DNA of 64,000 nt from NCBI GenBank assembly GCA_031400455.1, contig JANNPX010000010.1:32054-96053 (forward strand), read 5' to 3'. The first letter of the stretch is position 1. The number at the start of each line of letters is the position of its first letter. The notes beneath the pieces were generated by a model. That model saw only the letters and a program-made list of their open reading frames with translations, was not told the DNA's origin and searched no databases. Both the position numbers and the translations under genes were made by a program. Source of the DNA: Chloroflexota bacterium (GTDB lineage Bacteria > Chloroflexota > Dehalococcoidia > DSTF01 > JACRBR01). Positions 42,947 through 53,406 of the stretch are shown one piece after another.

Positions 42947-45253
42947 CTATTGCGGGCGGCGAGGTTTGAGGCGGAGTGCGCGGCGGAGGAGACCGTTGCG
43001 CGCCGACGCCCACGCGACTTCGAGGCGCTCGGCCTCTTCTTCGGAAAGCGGCTTCTGGCCGAAGCGGGTGCGTTCGTATGTGGAGGCGATGTAGGCAACG
43101 CCGCCGGCGCCGGGGATGTCGCGGCGGACGCGGGTGGCGAACTCGCGCGGCGTCTCGTAGGCAAGCGGGTGCGACTTGCCGAGCGTCGCCAGGCGGACGG
43201 TCTTCTCCCACAGTTGCGCGGTGCGCGGCAGCCCGCTGAGCCCGAACTCCCACGCGAACTTCGCCGCGGCAGCGAGGATGGCTGTGGCGCCGAGTACGAC
43301 GGCGATCGCAAAGAAGGGCCACATCGGCACCCCACTGCTGTCGCTGGTCGACGCCGTCGGGAGCCCGGTCGACGGGCCTGGCGGCACGAGGCCGAGTTCT
43401 ACGCCGGCGTCATCGAGCGGATCTTTCGGCGAGCCCGCTACGGGTGTGGGCTTCACGGTGCCGGGGCGGTTGATCAGCGGCTGTGAGGGCGTCGGGTTGA
43501 ACTCGACCCAGCCGATGCCGGGAAAGTACACCTCCGGCCAGGCGAATGCTTGCCGCTGCGTGAGCTTGAAGACATTGCCGTCGCCGTCGCGCGCCGCGGG
43601 ATCGATGACGTAGCCAGTGGCGATGCGTGCGGGGATGCCGAGCGACCGCAGCATGACTGCCATGGCGGAGGCGTGATAGTCGAAGTAGCCGCGCTGCGCG
43701 TCGAAGAGGAAGTAGTCGACGCTGTCCTGACCTGCGGGGGCAGCGGGCACGTCGTAGTCGTTGGGGAACGTACGGAGATATTTCTCGACCGCGGCCGTCG
43801 CGTCGTATGGCGTATCGGCACTGCGCGTCACCTCCTGCGCCTTGAATCGGACGCGCCGTGGGAGGCTGCTTGGCAGATCCAGGTAGCTCTGCGTCACCCA
43901 GGCCGGATAGTCGGTGCCGGCCTGCTGAAGTTGCTCGATCGAAGCGACGCTGACGCTGCCGGTGACGACGTACGTGTCGCCGTTGCTCAGGTGCTCGGAC
44001 GGCTTGAGGCTGCTGACATCGGGGAGATCGGCGCCGACGCTGGCGGTGGATGGCTGATCGGACGTGACGGGCTGGCCGAGGCTGAAGAGATGATCGTTGT
44101 TGCCGCCCTCGACCCTCACAGTGACGTTGACATCCTCGCGAGGCGGTGGGAACGCTTGCTCGTTCGTGACGGCACCCTCATCGACGAGCGTGCGCGTGCC
44201 GGGGTCGAGCGCGATGTCGCCAGTCACGTTCACCCGCCACCCTTCGCGCGTGTACTGGTCGAACGACTGCTCGCGCAGATACGCCGCCATCTCGGGTGTG
44301 AGTTGCACTTCGATCTGCGCGGCGTTGTTGCCGTTGAGTTCGATCTTGCCCTGGAACGCGAGTGCGTCCTTGAGATTGTGGACGTTGATCGGCTTCTTGG
44401 CGTTCACGGAGACGAATACCCGGGCCAGCGGCGTCAGATGCCGCGTCACCGGGTGCGTGAAATCATTCCAGCGCTGGTTCGCCGTGCTCGATCGGTCGGC
44501 GAGCGGCAGCAGCCAGACGACAATGAGCAGCAGGCACGTCGCCCAGAACGTTGCGTTGAGCGCCGAGAGGCTGATGAACTCCGGGTACTCGACGCCATCT
44601 CGATCCCACTGCTGCTCTCGCTTAGCGACGTGCATCCGCATGAGCAGCAGCGCAGACGCGAACAGGTAGATAACGAACGCCGTGCTGAACTGGCCGGGAC
44701 TGAGGGCGATGTTCCACATCAGCGCAACGCCGCCGGGCAGCAGGCCGAGCACGGGGTTCCGCCAACGGAAGATCGCCCAGGCCGATGCGTACGAGCCGAG
44801 CCAGGTCGCCACGATGAGCAAGATGATCACGGGGAGGGGGTCGCTGCTGATGCCCCCCTGCGTGACGGCGGACCACCAAACGTACATGCGGTCGAGCATG
44901 TTGTCCGTGCGCAGGTAGATCGAGCCGCCATCGAGCACGAACAGCAGCTGGAAGAAGACGATGCACGTGCCGAGAAAGAGCGCGATGGGGTGCAGGATCA
45001 ACTCGTGCAGGCGCAGGCGCGACAGCAGGTAGCCGACGACCAAGCCCGAGAGCCCGATCGGGTACAGCGACGGCAAATCGCGCACCCAGTTCGCGCTATC
45101 GACCGCGGCGGCGACGCTCATGAAGGCAATGGTCACGAGCGCGAACGTCAGCCAGTCTTCCCACGGCACGATGGAGCTAAGGCGTTGATCGGCGAGGGCG
45201 GGGTCGTCGTAGTTGCGACGCTGGAAGATGTCATCCCAGTTGGCTTCACGCAT
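42947..45253 (-). CDS. transglutaminase-like membrane protein (TgpA-like; N-terminal multi-TM DUF3488 plus transglutaminase core)
   Basis: Transglutaminase core around ...CEHFASAMAVMLRSLGIPARIATGY...D. N-terminal TM region. Follows the DUF58 and MoxR genes. Confidence 0.8.
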   Translation of the reverse strand: MREANWDDIFQRRNYDDPALADQRLSSIVPWEDWLTFALVTIAFMSVAAAVDSANWVRDLPSLYPIGLSGLVVGYLLSRLRLHELILHPIALFLGTCIVFFQLLFVLDGGSIYLRTDNMLDRMYVWWSAVTQGGISSDPLPVIILLIVATWLGSYASAWAIFRWRNPVLGLLPGGVALMWNIALSPGQFSTAFVIYLFASALLLMRMHVAKREQQWDRDGVEYPEFISLSALNATFWATCLLLIVVWLLPLADRSSTANQRWNDFTHPVTRHLTPLARVFVSVNAKKPINVHNLKDALAFQGKIELNGNNAAQIEVQLTPEMAAYLREQSFDQYTREGWRVNVTGDIALDPGTRTLVDEGAVTNEQAFPPPREDVNVTVRVEGGNNDHLFSLGQPVTSDQPSTASVGADLPDVSSLKPSEHLSNGDTYVVTGSVSVASIEQLQQAGTDYPAWVTQSYLDLPSSLPRRVRFKAQEVTRSADTPYDATAAVEKYLRTFPNDYDVPAAPAGQDSVDYFLFDAQRGYFDYHASAMAVMLRSLGIPARIATGYVIDPAARDGDGNVFKLTQRQAFAWPEVYFPGIGWVEFNPTPSQPLINRPGTVKPTPVAGSPKDPLDDAGVELGLVPPGPSTGLPTASTSDSSGVPMWPFFAIAVVLGATAILAAAAKFAWEFGLSGLPRTAQLWEKTVRLATLGKSHPLAYETPREFATRVRRDIPGAGGVAYIASTYERTRFGQKPLSEEEAERLEVAWASARNGLLRRALRLKPRRPQ

Positions 45254-45255
45254 CG

Positions 45256-46518
45256 CTAATTGCCTGACTTCGCGGGCGACTCCGACACCAGCTCAGCGCC
45301 GAGCGCGCTCTGCAGGTCGTCGGCGTGCTTCACCATGTACGAGAAGACATCGGCGGCGGCGAGCGACGCGAAGACGCCGAGCGAACTCTCGTCGCCGCCG
45401 AACGTGCTCGGCTCGAGGACGATGGCGGCGGCCTTGACGCCGCGCGACTGCAGCATCGCCATCGAGGCGATCCACGATTCATCCGTAGACGGCGTGACGA
45501 CGACGAGCGTCGTGTGGCGGCCGAAGCGGCGCGCTTCGTTCGAGAGCATGTCACCGAGCGAGACGTCGCCCCAGGTGCGCGCCATAGCGAGCGACTCGAG
45601 GATGCGCGTGTACTGGTTGAGGCCGCGCTCCGGCTCGATGACGTCGAAACCGCGGCCGTATGACATGAAGCCGACCGTGCGGTTAGCGGTGAGAAAGAAT
45701 CGCGAGACGGAAGCGGCGATGCTGACGGCGTACTCCTCGGTGGAGTCGTCGCCCTCGCCGATGTGGACGTCTCGCTGCAGATCGAGGATCACCCAGATGT
45801 CGCTGGCGGGATCGAGTTCGAACACCTTCACCATCAGCTCGCCCGTGCGCGCCGTGCTGGACCAGTGGATGCGGTTGAAGCTGTCGCCCGATTCGTACGG
45901 ACGGACGCCCGATGCGTTCGGTGTCACCTGGTGGGTGCGGCGGCGGAAGCGTCCCTCGCCGGGCAAGTTCGCGGGCGGCACGAAGAAGCCCGGGAGATCG
46001 ACGGCGCGCGGATAGACGAGTACGTTCTGCGCGTTGCCGTATGCACGGGTCCGGCGGAAGAGTCCGAACGGATCGCCAGTGGTCACTTCGACGGGGCCGA
46101 CGGAGTAGAGCCCGCGGCGCCGAATCGTCGAGGCGGCGCGGAAGGTCGCAGAACCTTTCGCCGGGACTGTGACGATGCGGCGCGCGACGTGGCCGGGCAT
46201 GTCGCTCGGGTCTTCGATCTCGAGCCAGATCTTCGCCAGCCAGCTGCGATTGTGGACGGTGATGCGCTCCTGGTACTGCGCACCTTCTTGGATGCGGTCG
46301 GTGCTGCGGTCGGCAGTGATCTCCAACCCGCGCAGGTTGATGCGCGACCAAGCGTAGGCAAGCGGGACGCCGACCATGAGTACGTAGGTCAGACGCCACG
46401 TCAGCCAAAAGCCCGTCGAGATGGCGATGACGATGCTGCCGATCCAGAGCGCGGCGACGAGCGTCAGCGAGCGATGCGTAACGAGGAGCGAGCGGAGTAG
46501 GCGTCCCAGCCTGCGCAT
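45256..46518 (-). CDS. DUF58 domain protein (vWA-like)
   Basis: IHWSSTARTGELMVKVFE, the DUF58 hallmark. Two N-terminal TM helices. Confidence 0.8.
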   Translation of the reverse strand: MRRLGRLLRSLLVTHRSLTLVAALWIGSIVIAISTGFWLTWRLTYVLMVGVPLAYAWSRINLRGLEITADRSTDRIQEGAQYQERITVHNRSWLAKIWLEIEDPSDMPGHVARRIVTVPAKGSATFRAASTIRRRGLYSVGPVEVTTGDPFGLFRRTRAYGNAQNVLVYPRAVDLPGFFVPPANLPGEGRFRRRTHQVTPNASGVRPYESGDSFNRIHWSSTARTGELMVKVFELDPASDIWVILDLQRDVHIGEGDDSTEEYAVSIAASVSRFFLTANRTVGFMSYGRGFDVIEPERGLNQYTRILESLAMARTWGDVSLGDMLSNEARRFGRHTTLVVVTPSTDESWIASMAMLQSRGVKAAAIVLEPSTFGGDESSLGVFASLAAADVFSYMVKHADDLQSALGAELVSESPAKSGN

Positions 46519-46527
46519 GGGCGTGAC

Positions 46528-47517
<990 letters not shown>

Positions 47518-47680
47518 GAATCCTCCGTCCGAGGAGCAGTGGCGGGCGTCTCAGATAGTACGCGTGCGGGGAGTAGAAGGTTCCTCGATTATAGCAGCGC
47601 CTTCGGAAGGCGTACCCGACGCGCAGGCGACGCTTCCGCTACGCGATGTTGCGGATTGGTTATGGGCCGAGATGGTGACC

Positions 47681-47826
47681 CACGAAGGGCACGAAGGATC
47701 ACGAACTTGGAGGTTGTGGGGGCGCAACCTGTTGCGCCCGCCGTCGGGACGCTGGCCATGCTGCATCCGCGGCGTCGCGGCGGGCCGCTTGCCCGAAGAC
47801 CTTCGTGGCCTTCGTGCTCTTCGTGG
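47681..47826. mobile_element. MITE-like element
   Basis: Left arm cacgaagggcacgaaggatcacgaac (47681-47706). Right arm is its imperfect reverse complement (47800-47826). Centre contains a copy of the palindrome seen at 39112-39140. No coding capacity. Confidence 0.4.
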
Positions 47827-47833
47827 ATCGAGC

Positions 47834-49012
47834 TTACCCCGCGAAGTCGGCTTTCGCGCGGCGCACAAGATCCGGATCCAACGCCAGCTCGACGCCAGTC
47901 ATGGCCAGCGTTTGCGCGGTCTTGAGCATGGAGGCGTGGGCGGCGTCGGTGATGGCGGCGCCGGTGAACTCCGGCGTGTGGTTGAAGATCATCTGGCCGA
48001 CGCTGAACGTCGGGTGGATCGACGGCACGATCTGGCTGACGTTCCCCATGTCGGTGCTGCCGGTCGATGCGTTGCGCAGGTCGACGAACTGTGTGCCCAG
48101 CGACTCGCCGTTACGGCGATAGGCCTCCACCATCGGGCGGTTGTTGCGCAGCGGCTGGTACTCCAGATCCGCATGCCAGTCCATTGTCAGCGTGCAGCCC
48201 GTGGCGAGCGCGCCGGCCTCGAAGCAAGCCTTCACGCGCTCCTTTAGTTCCTGTAGATACTTGGGCTGAGCGGCGCGGACGTAGAAGGTGCCGGCGGTGC
48301 GATCGGGCACGATGTTCGCGGCGGCGCCGCCGTACGTGATGATGCCGTGCAGCCGCGCGTCGCGGCGGATGTGCTGCCGCAACTGCGCGACGGCCTGATA
48401 CGCCGTGACCATGGCATCGAGCGCGTTGATCCCCTGTTCGGGCCCGACGGATGCGTGGACGGCGCGTCCGTGGTACTCGATATCGACGTGGGCGACGCCG
48501 AGCATCGGCGGGTCGGCGAAGTCGATCGCCATCGGGTGCGCCATCATCGCGACATCTATGTCGTCGAACGCGCCCTTGTTCGCCATGATCACTTTCCCAC
48601 CGTAGGCCTCCTCGGCCGGCGTGCCGAGGATGACGACGCGCGCGTCCGACGGCTCGATCGCCTTGATCAGCCCGACGGCCGCGCCGACGCCGGACGTCGC
48701 GATGAGGTTGTGCCCGCAGGCGTGGCCGATTTCCGGCAGCGCGTCGTACTCGGCGCAAATGGCGATGGTGACGGGGCCGTGGCCCCATTCGCCCCGGAAC
48801 GCGGTCTCCATGCCGTAGACGCCGGTCTGCACGTCGAAGCCCTGCGCCTTCACGAAGGGCACGAGCTGGCCGAATGCGTGGTGCTCCTTGAATGCCAGTT
48901 CCGGGTGGGAGTGAATCTCCCGCGAGATGCGGACGAGTTCGTCCGCGACGGCATCGACCGCCGCGCAGGCGCGCTGCTGGGACGACGCAATTTGAGGGCT
49001 GGTGATGGTCAT
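47834..49012 (-). CDS. M20-family amidohydrolase (hippurate hydrolase / aminoacylase-like)
   Basis: ORF 47834..49045. The internal Met at 49012 has a GGAGG RBS. Peptidase M20D motifs. Confidence 0.8.
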   Translation of the reverse strand: MTITSPQIASSQQRACAAVDAVADELVRISREIHSHPELAFKEHHAFGQLVPFVKAQGFDVQTGVYGMETAFRGEWGHGPVTIAICAEYDALPEIGHACGHNLIATSGVGAAVGLIKAIEPSDARVVILGTPAEEAYGGKVIMANKGAFDDIDVAMMAHPMAIDFADPPMLGVAHVDIEYHGRAVHASVGPEQGINALDAMVTAYQAVAQLRQHIRRDARLHGIITYGGAAANIVPDRTAGTFYVRAAQPKYLQELKERVKACFEAGALATGCTLTMDWHADLEYQPLRNNRPMVEAYRRNGESLGTQFVDLRNASTGSTDMGNVSQIVPSIHPTFSVGQMIFNHTPEFTGAAITDAAHASMLKTAQTLAMTGVELALDPDLVRRAKADFAG

Positions 49013-49210
49013 GGCGTGCCTCCGTTTGGTGCGGGAAGCGTACATCGCGGGGTGGTGGGAGCGTAGAGCCGCCGCCCGAATGGCGGTGCTACACGCGATG
49101 ATCTTGCGGAGAAACCCTGATTCTCGCGTTTTGGCGGTTGTTGGAAGCTGTCAGGTGTCGATAACAACGGTGATATTCAGCCACCGAGGACCATCAGCAA
49201 GGAGACGCCC

Positions 49211-49840
49211 ATGGCGAGCGAAACGACCCACACCGGCCTTGAAGGCGAACTGAGCCAGGCAATTGACGAGCTGCAGACGGCGCTCCAGCAGGCATCCGAC
49301 GCCACGTCGTCGATTCGCGCGCTGCTGCCTAAGGTGGGCGCCCTCAGCCAGGTCTTTGACGAATTGGACGCCGTAATCCGCAGCGGCCGCCAGCAGATCG
49401 GCGAGTCCGGTACGGCGACCTCGCCCGCCTACACGAGGCCGACGTTGGTCCAGCCGAGCGTGGAGCAGCCGACCCCGCAATGGGCGCCGGAAGCTACGCC
49501 GCAGCAGCCGGTCGCCAGCACGCCCGAGCGCACGATCGAGCCGGAGACGCCGGAATCGGTGAAGCGTGCCGAAGCGGCGGGGCTCACCTGCTTCCGCCTG
49601 GAGTTCGAGAGCCGCCCGGGTCCCCTCGACCTGCGCACCGTCGACGACGCTGTCAGCGAGCACCCGGCGGTACGCGACGTAGCGCTGCTCGACTACGACG
49701 GCCGCAAGGCGACCCTGAAGGTATGGATCGACGGTTCGGCGAAGCCGGCCGACGTGCAGAGCACGCTCATCGCGCGCTCATCGCAGCTCTTCGCCCCAGG
49801 CAACGACGTGACGATCGTCGCGCTGGAAGACGTAGCGTAA
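49211..49840 (+). CDS. hypothetical protein
   Basis: Good RBS (AGGAGA). Coiled-coil N-terminus, Pro/Gln-rich linker, and a C-terminal ~80-aa domain with no recognisable family. Confidence 0.4.
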   Translation: MASETTHTGLEGELSQAIDELQTALQQASDATSSIRALLPKVGALSQVFDELDAVIRSGRQQIGESGTATSPAYTRPTLVQPSVEQPTPQWAPEATPQQPVASTPERTIEPETPESVKRAEAAGLTCFRLEFESRPGPLDLRTVDDAVSEHPAVRDVALLDYDGRKATLKVWIDGSAKPADVQSTLIARSSQLFAPGNDVTIVALEDVA

Positions 49841-49864
49841 GCTCCGCACCAACATAGCTGAGGA

Positions 49865-49902
49865 ACGCAACAGGCCCGCTCGAAAGAGCGGGCCTGTTGC
49901 GT
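49865..49902 (+). terminator. long GC-rich hairpin ACGCAACAGGCCCGCTC-gaaa-GAGCGGGCCTGTTGCGT
   Basis: 17-bp perfect stem 3' of the 49211..49840 gene, with no T-tract. Shares the GGCCCGCTC/GAGCGGGCC core with the hairpin at about 50433-50463. Confidence 0.45.
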
Positions 49903-50060
49903 AAACTAGGACGCGTTCACCGTCAGCGCGACTCACAGGCGTAGACTGGCCGAGAGTACACCATGAGATCACATCGACGCACCGGAATCGTCGCAGCCGT
50001 GCCGATCCTCGGACTTGGAGCGGTGCTCCTGATCTGGCAGCTCGATTCGGCGGCTCTCTG

Positions 50061-50414
50061 ATGGTGACGCTCTGGATGATGCTTCCGCTGTTCACGGTCG
50101 CGGCGTGGATCGTGCTCGGCTTCATCTCATACCGAAGCGCAATTGTCGTAGCAGCCGGGCTGTTCGCCGTGATCGTGGCCGTCTTCGCGTTCTACGGCCT
50201 TGCCCAGGCAGAGGCCGAGCGGGGTCGGCTGCTCGCCGTGCAGTTCGTGGCTACGCTCGCGCTTATCGGCGCAGTCTCGACCTGGTTTGCGCGGCGGCAT
50301 GCAACACCGGGTGCCAGAAAGGGTGTCGCGACGCTGGTGTCCGGCGCGATCTTCGCGGCACTGGTCATCTTCTTCTGGGCGTTGGTCGTGTCGATCTCGC
50401 GGGCTCCAGGGTAG
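50061..50414 (+). CDS. small hypothetical membrane protein (3-4 TM)
   Basis: 117-aa hydrophobic ORF. No family assigned. Confidence 0.35.
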   Translation: MVTLWMMLPLFTVAAWIVLGFISYRSAIVVAAGLFAVIVAVFAFYGLAQAEAERGRLLAVQFVATLALIGAVSTWFARRHATPGARKGVATLVSGAIFAALVIFFWALVVSISRAPG

Positions 50415-50432
50415 GCTCTCGCGTCGAAGCGT

Positions 50433-50463
50433 AAGAGGCCCGCTCTCGAGAGCGGGCCTTCTT
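50433..50463 (+). terminator. hairpin AAGAGGCCCGCTC-tcga-GAGCGGGCCTTCTT
   Basis: Lies 3' of the 50061..50414 gene and is followed by a T-rich run. Confidence 0.4.
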
Positions 50464-50485
50464 GGGTTAGTTTGCTGCCAGGAGC

Positions 50486-50508
50486 GACGCGGGCTGAAAG
50501 CCCGCGCC
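50486..50508. repeat. REP-like palindromic element, copy 4 (GACGCGGGCTGAAAGCCCGCGCC)
   Basis: Between convergent genes; perfect palindrome. Confidence 0.6.
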
Positions 50509-50529
50509 CTAAATCGATGGAGATTCCGA

Positions 50530-51594
50530 CTACGCCACCTGCGACTCCGGCTCGTACATGCGGCGCTCGGCGGCGGCGAAGACGGCTTCGGTGGTGGTGC
50601 CGTCAGCGGGCGCAGTGGCCCAGCCGGCTACGAGGTGCAGTTCCAGGCCGGGGACGTTGGGGTCGCCCACCGCCGCCTCTCGTGCGATGCTCAGCAGGCG
50701 GCGGGCTGCGTTCTCCGCGCCTTCGGGCGAGGCTTCGGTCAAGATCATGGTGTAGCCGCTCTCCTTGAAGGCGCCGATGACGTCGATGTCGCGGGCGTTC
50801 TGGGCGAGCGACTCGCCGAGGCGCTGAAGCAGGCGGTCGGTCAGGAACTTGCCGAAGCGCTCCTCGAGCAGGCTCAGGTTCGTGGCTTCGACCACCGCGA
50901 TCGAGACGTCACGCTTGTAGCGCTCGGCTCGCGAGAGTTCCTTCTGAAGGTCGGACGCGATCTTGCGTGCATCGAACACCGACCGGACGATGTCGATGAC
51001 GCCGGCCTCACGCGCGGCGTCGGCCTGGCGCAGGTTGACGATGGCGCAGGAGACGTGAGCGGCCATGAGGGCGACATGCTCGGGCTGCGGAGTGCCGACG
51101 TGCATCAGCACGAGCGCGCCGACGCGCTCGCCGGCTGACACGAGCGGTACGAACGAGACGGTGTCGATCCCGAGCGCCTTCTGGGCGGCGTGGGCGTCAG
51201 TCTCGTCGATGAGGCCGCTGAAGATTGCCGCGGCGGGTGCGGTGACGTGTGAGCCCGCGTCCAGCGCTTCGGCGATCAAGGGAGCGTTGCGCGGGTCAAG
51301 CTTGGTCGCCATGGCGATGCGGCCGAACGCGTCGATGGCGCGCTGCTGCGAGCGGCGACGCAGGTCGGAGGCCGGCTGGCGGCGTTCGAGGCGGCCGTCT
51401 TGCTCCTCCATGTAGACGAAGGTGAACACGGAGTTCAGTGTCCGCTCCGCCGCGGTAGCCGTCGCATCGACCAGCCAGTCGAGCGTCGCGGCGGCGTGGA
51501 TGGGGAGCAGCATGGCCATCATCATGGATACGGGGTCCTTGTATGCAGGCTGGATGATTTGTTCCGGTCTGATCTTCGGCGTGCGGGGGCTCAT
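50530..51594 (-). CDS. GAF-domain protein with C-terminal degenerate GGDEF-like domain
   Basis: GAF-like middle region. C-terminal domain resembles a diguanylate cyclase but lacks the GG[DE]EF motif (AFKESGYTMIL). Confidence 0.5.
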   Translation of the reverse strand: MSPRTPKIRPEQIIQPAYKDPVSMMMAMLLPIHAAATLDWLVDATATAAERTLNSVFTFVYMEEQDGRLERRQPASDLRRRSQQRAIDAFGRIAMATKLDPRNAPLIAEALDAGSHVTAPAAAIFSGLIDETDAHAAQKALGIDTVSFVPLVSAGERVGALVLMHVGTPQPEHVALMAAHVSCAIVNLRQADAAREAGVIDIVRSVFDARKIASDLQKELSRAERYKRDVSIAVVEATNLSLLEERFGKFLTDRLLQRLGESLAQNARDIDVIGAFKESGYTMILTEASPEGAENAARRLLSIAREAAVGDPNVPGLELHLVAGWATAPADGTTTEAVFAAAERRMYEPESQVA

Positions 51595-51608
51595 GGTTCC
51601 GTCCTTAC

Positions 51609-52043
51609 TCAGCTCTGCCTCTGTCCCGGGGTCGTGACCGCGGCCGCGATCCGGGCGATGTTCTCTTCCAGTCGCTTCATCGCGCCTTCCAACTCGGAGT
51701 TATCGCTACGCAGCACTCCTGCTTCGACCAGATTGCGGACGGCGTCCTGCAGCCGGGTCTGCTGCTGCAGGAGCGCGTCGGCCTGAGTACGTAGCCCGGC
51801 GATCTGGCTGGCCGCCTGCGCTACGTCGACCATGGGCTGGGACGCTTCGCGGAACGCGAGCTGGCGCGACAGATCCTGCACGAGGATGCTGGCCTTTTCT
51901 GCTTCGTTGGCGGCACGCGACGCGCGAGTGAACACCATCCACGAGCCGAGTGTGCCGATCAGCGTGAACAGCAACAGGCCGGCGAGGCCGATGCAGACGG
52001 CGGCGATGGAGGCCGCAAACTCCCAGTTGGACGCGTTGTCCAT
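51609..52043 (-). CDS. hypothetical membrane-anchored coiled-coil protein
   Basis: ORF 51609..52118, with an internal Met at 52043. N-terminal TM helix plus a coiled coil. Lies 14 nt upstream of the GAF gene on the same strand. Confidence 0.4.
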   Translation of the reverse strand: MDNASNWEFAASIAAVCIGLAGLLLFTLIGTLGSWMVFTRASRAANEAEKASILVQDLSRQLAFREASQPMVDVAQAASQIAGLRTQADALLQQQTRLQDAVRNLVEAGVLRSDNSELEGAMKRLEENIARIAAAVTTPGQRQS

Positions 52044-52308
52044 GGGCACACGCTCCCTTGCCGGCTCGCGGTGGGCGAGGCGGCTACAGAATGGTCGGCC
52101 GGGCGGAAGCCACGCCACAACGCACGGCGGTTGCGATTCCCCTAAGGTCGAACCTTTAGGGGTTGCCGCAGCCGGGCCTTCGCCCGCTCCTCTGACTCAT
52201 TAGTTAACAACGCCGGGGGTAAGGCTGTGTGTCAAGTTCGCCCGAATTGACGTGAATTTGGGGCAGTCTCGGGGGGCTCGGCGCACGGTGCGCGGCGCCT
52301 TATCCGGA

Positions 52309-52404
52309 GGCTGACCGGCTGACCGGCTGACCGGCTGACCGGCTGACTCGCTGACTCGCTGACCGGCTGACTGGCTAACCGGCTGACGGGCTGACGGGCT
52401 GACG
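52309..52404. repeat. octanucleotide tandem repeat (GGCTGACC-like) x12
   Basis: ggctgacc x4, then variants ggctgact/cgctgact/ggctaacc/ggctgacg. 96 bp in total. Lies in the divergent intergenic region. Confidence 0.8.
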
Positions 52405-52463
52405 GCGCGAGATGGTTCGTTCGGCTCATGGTCGGCGACTGGGTACCCGCTACAATCGACCTC

Positions 52464-53360
52464 ATGTTGAGACGGCTTCTGTACACCGCTGCGGCGTTCT
52501 CGGCGCCTGGCGTCGCGGTGACAATCGCGTCGGAGCGGCTGATCCGGCCGCGCCTGTTCTACTCCGGCGCCTGGCACCCAGAGCCGCCGGATGCGGTGAG
52601 CTTTCCCTACGAGGAGGCGACGATCTACACGGCGGACGGGATGGAGTTGCAGGGCTGGTTCTTCAAGCAGGATCGGCCGGCGCCGACGCTGCTGTTCTGC
52701 CATGGCACCAGCTACAACGCCAGCGACATGTGGGTGACGGCCGAGCGGGCGCAGGCCTTCCACGAGTTCCTGCTCGGCACGGGCTGTAACTTCCTCGTGT
52801 TCGACTATCGCGGCTACGGGCGCAACGGCGGGCGGCCGACCGAAGAGGGCACGTACAGCGACGCGGCAGCGGCACTGGGATGGCTACACCAACGCGACGA
52901 CGTCGATCCGGCGACGATCTTCTTCTACGGATTCTCGCTCGGCACCGGCGTGGCGACCGAGTTGGCGGTACGCGAACCGGGCGCGGGATTGATCCTGCGG
53001 GCGCCCTTCACCTCATTGCGTGACATGATTCTCGACTGGGATGCGCGCTTCCAGGTGCCGCTGGCGATCGCGCCGTGGCTGCCGATCACCCGCTACGACA
53101 ACCTGAGCAAGATCCATCGCCTCGACCGTCCGCTGCTTGTGATGCACGGCGATGCCGACAAGCGGGTGCCGGAGGCCATGGGTCAGCGCATCTTCGAGGC
53201 GGCGCCCGAGCCTAAGCGCTACGTTGTCTTCCCCGGCGCCGGGCACGCCGACCTAGCGACGGAGATGGTCGTGCCGGCGATCTCGCAGTTTGTGGACGAC
53301 GTGGTCCGCGGGATGCGCGACGGCAGTGGCGGCATCGACGTCGAGGCTGCCCTGGTCTGA
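52464..53360 (+). CDS. alpha/beta hydrolase (hydrolase_4 / S33-like)
   Basis: ORF 52428..53360. GxSxG nucleophile elbow (YGFSLGTG), with Asp and His downstream. Confidence 0.75.
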   Translation: MLRRLLYTAAAFSAPGVAVTIASERLIRPRLFYSGAWHPEPPDAVSFPYEEATIYTADGMELQGWFFKQDRPAPTLLFCHGTSYNASDMWVTAERAQAFHEFLLGTGCNFLVFDYRGYGRNGGRPTEEGTYSDAAAALGWLHQRDDVDPATIFFYGFSLGTGVATELAVREPGAGLILRAPFTSLRDMILDWDARFQVPLAIAPWLPITRYDNLSKIHRLDRPLLVMHGDADKRVPEAMGQRIFEAAPEPKRYVVFPGAGHADLATEMVVPAISQFVDDVVRGMRDGSGGIDVEAALV

Positions 53361-53406
53361 CGCGGCGCGGCTTCCGGCGCTCGGCCGGGCTCGCTACGAT
53401 GGGATC

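Noticed and set aside
52309-52404. Possible CRISPR array
   Set aside because: It consists of directly abutting 8-bp units with no spacers. It is a microsatellite, not a CRISPR locus.
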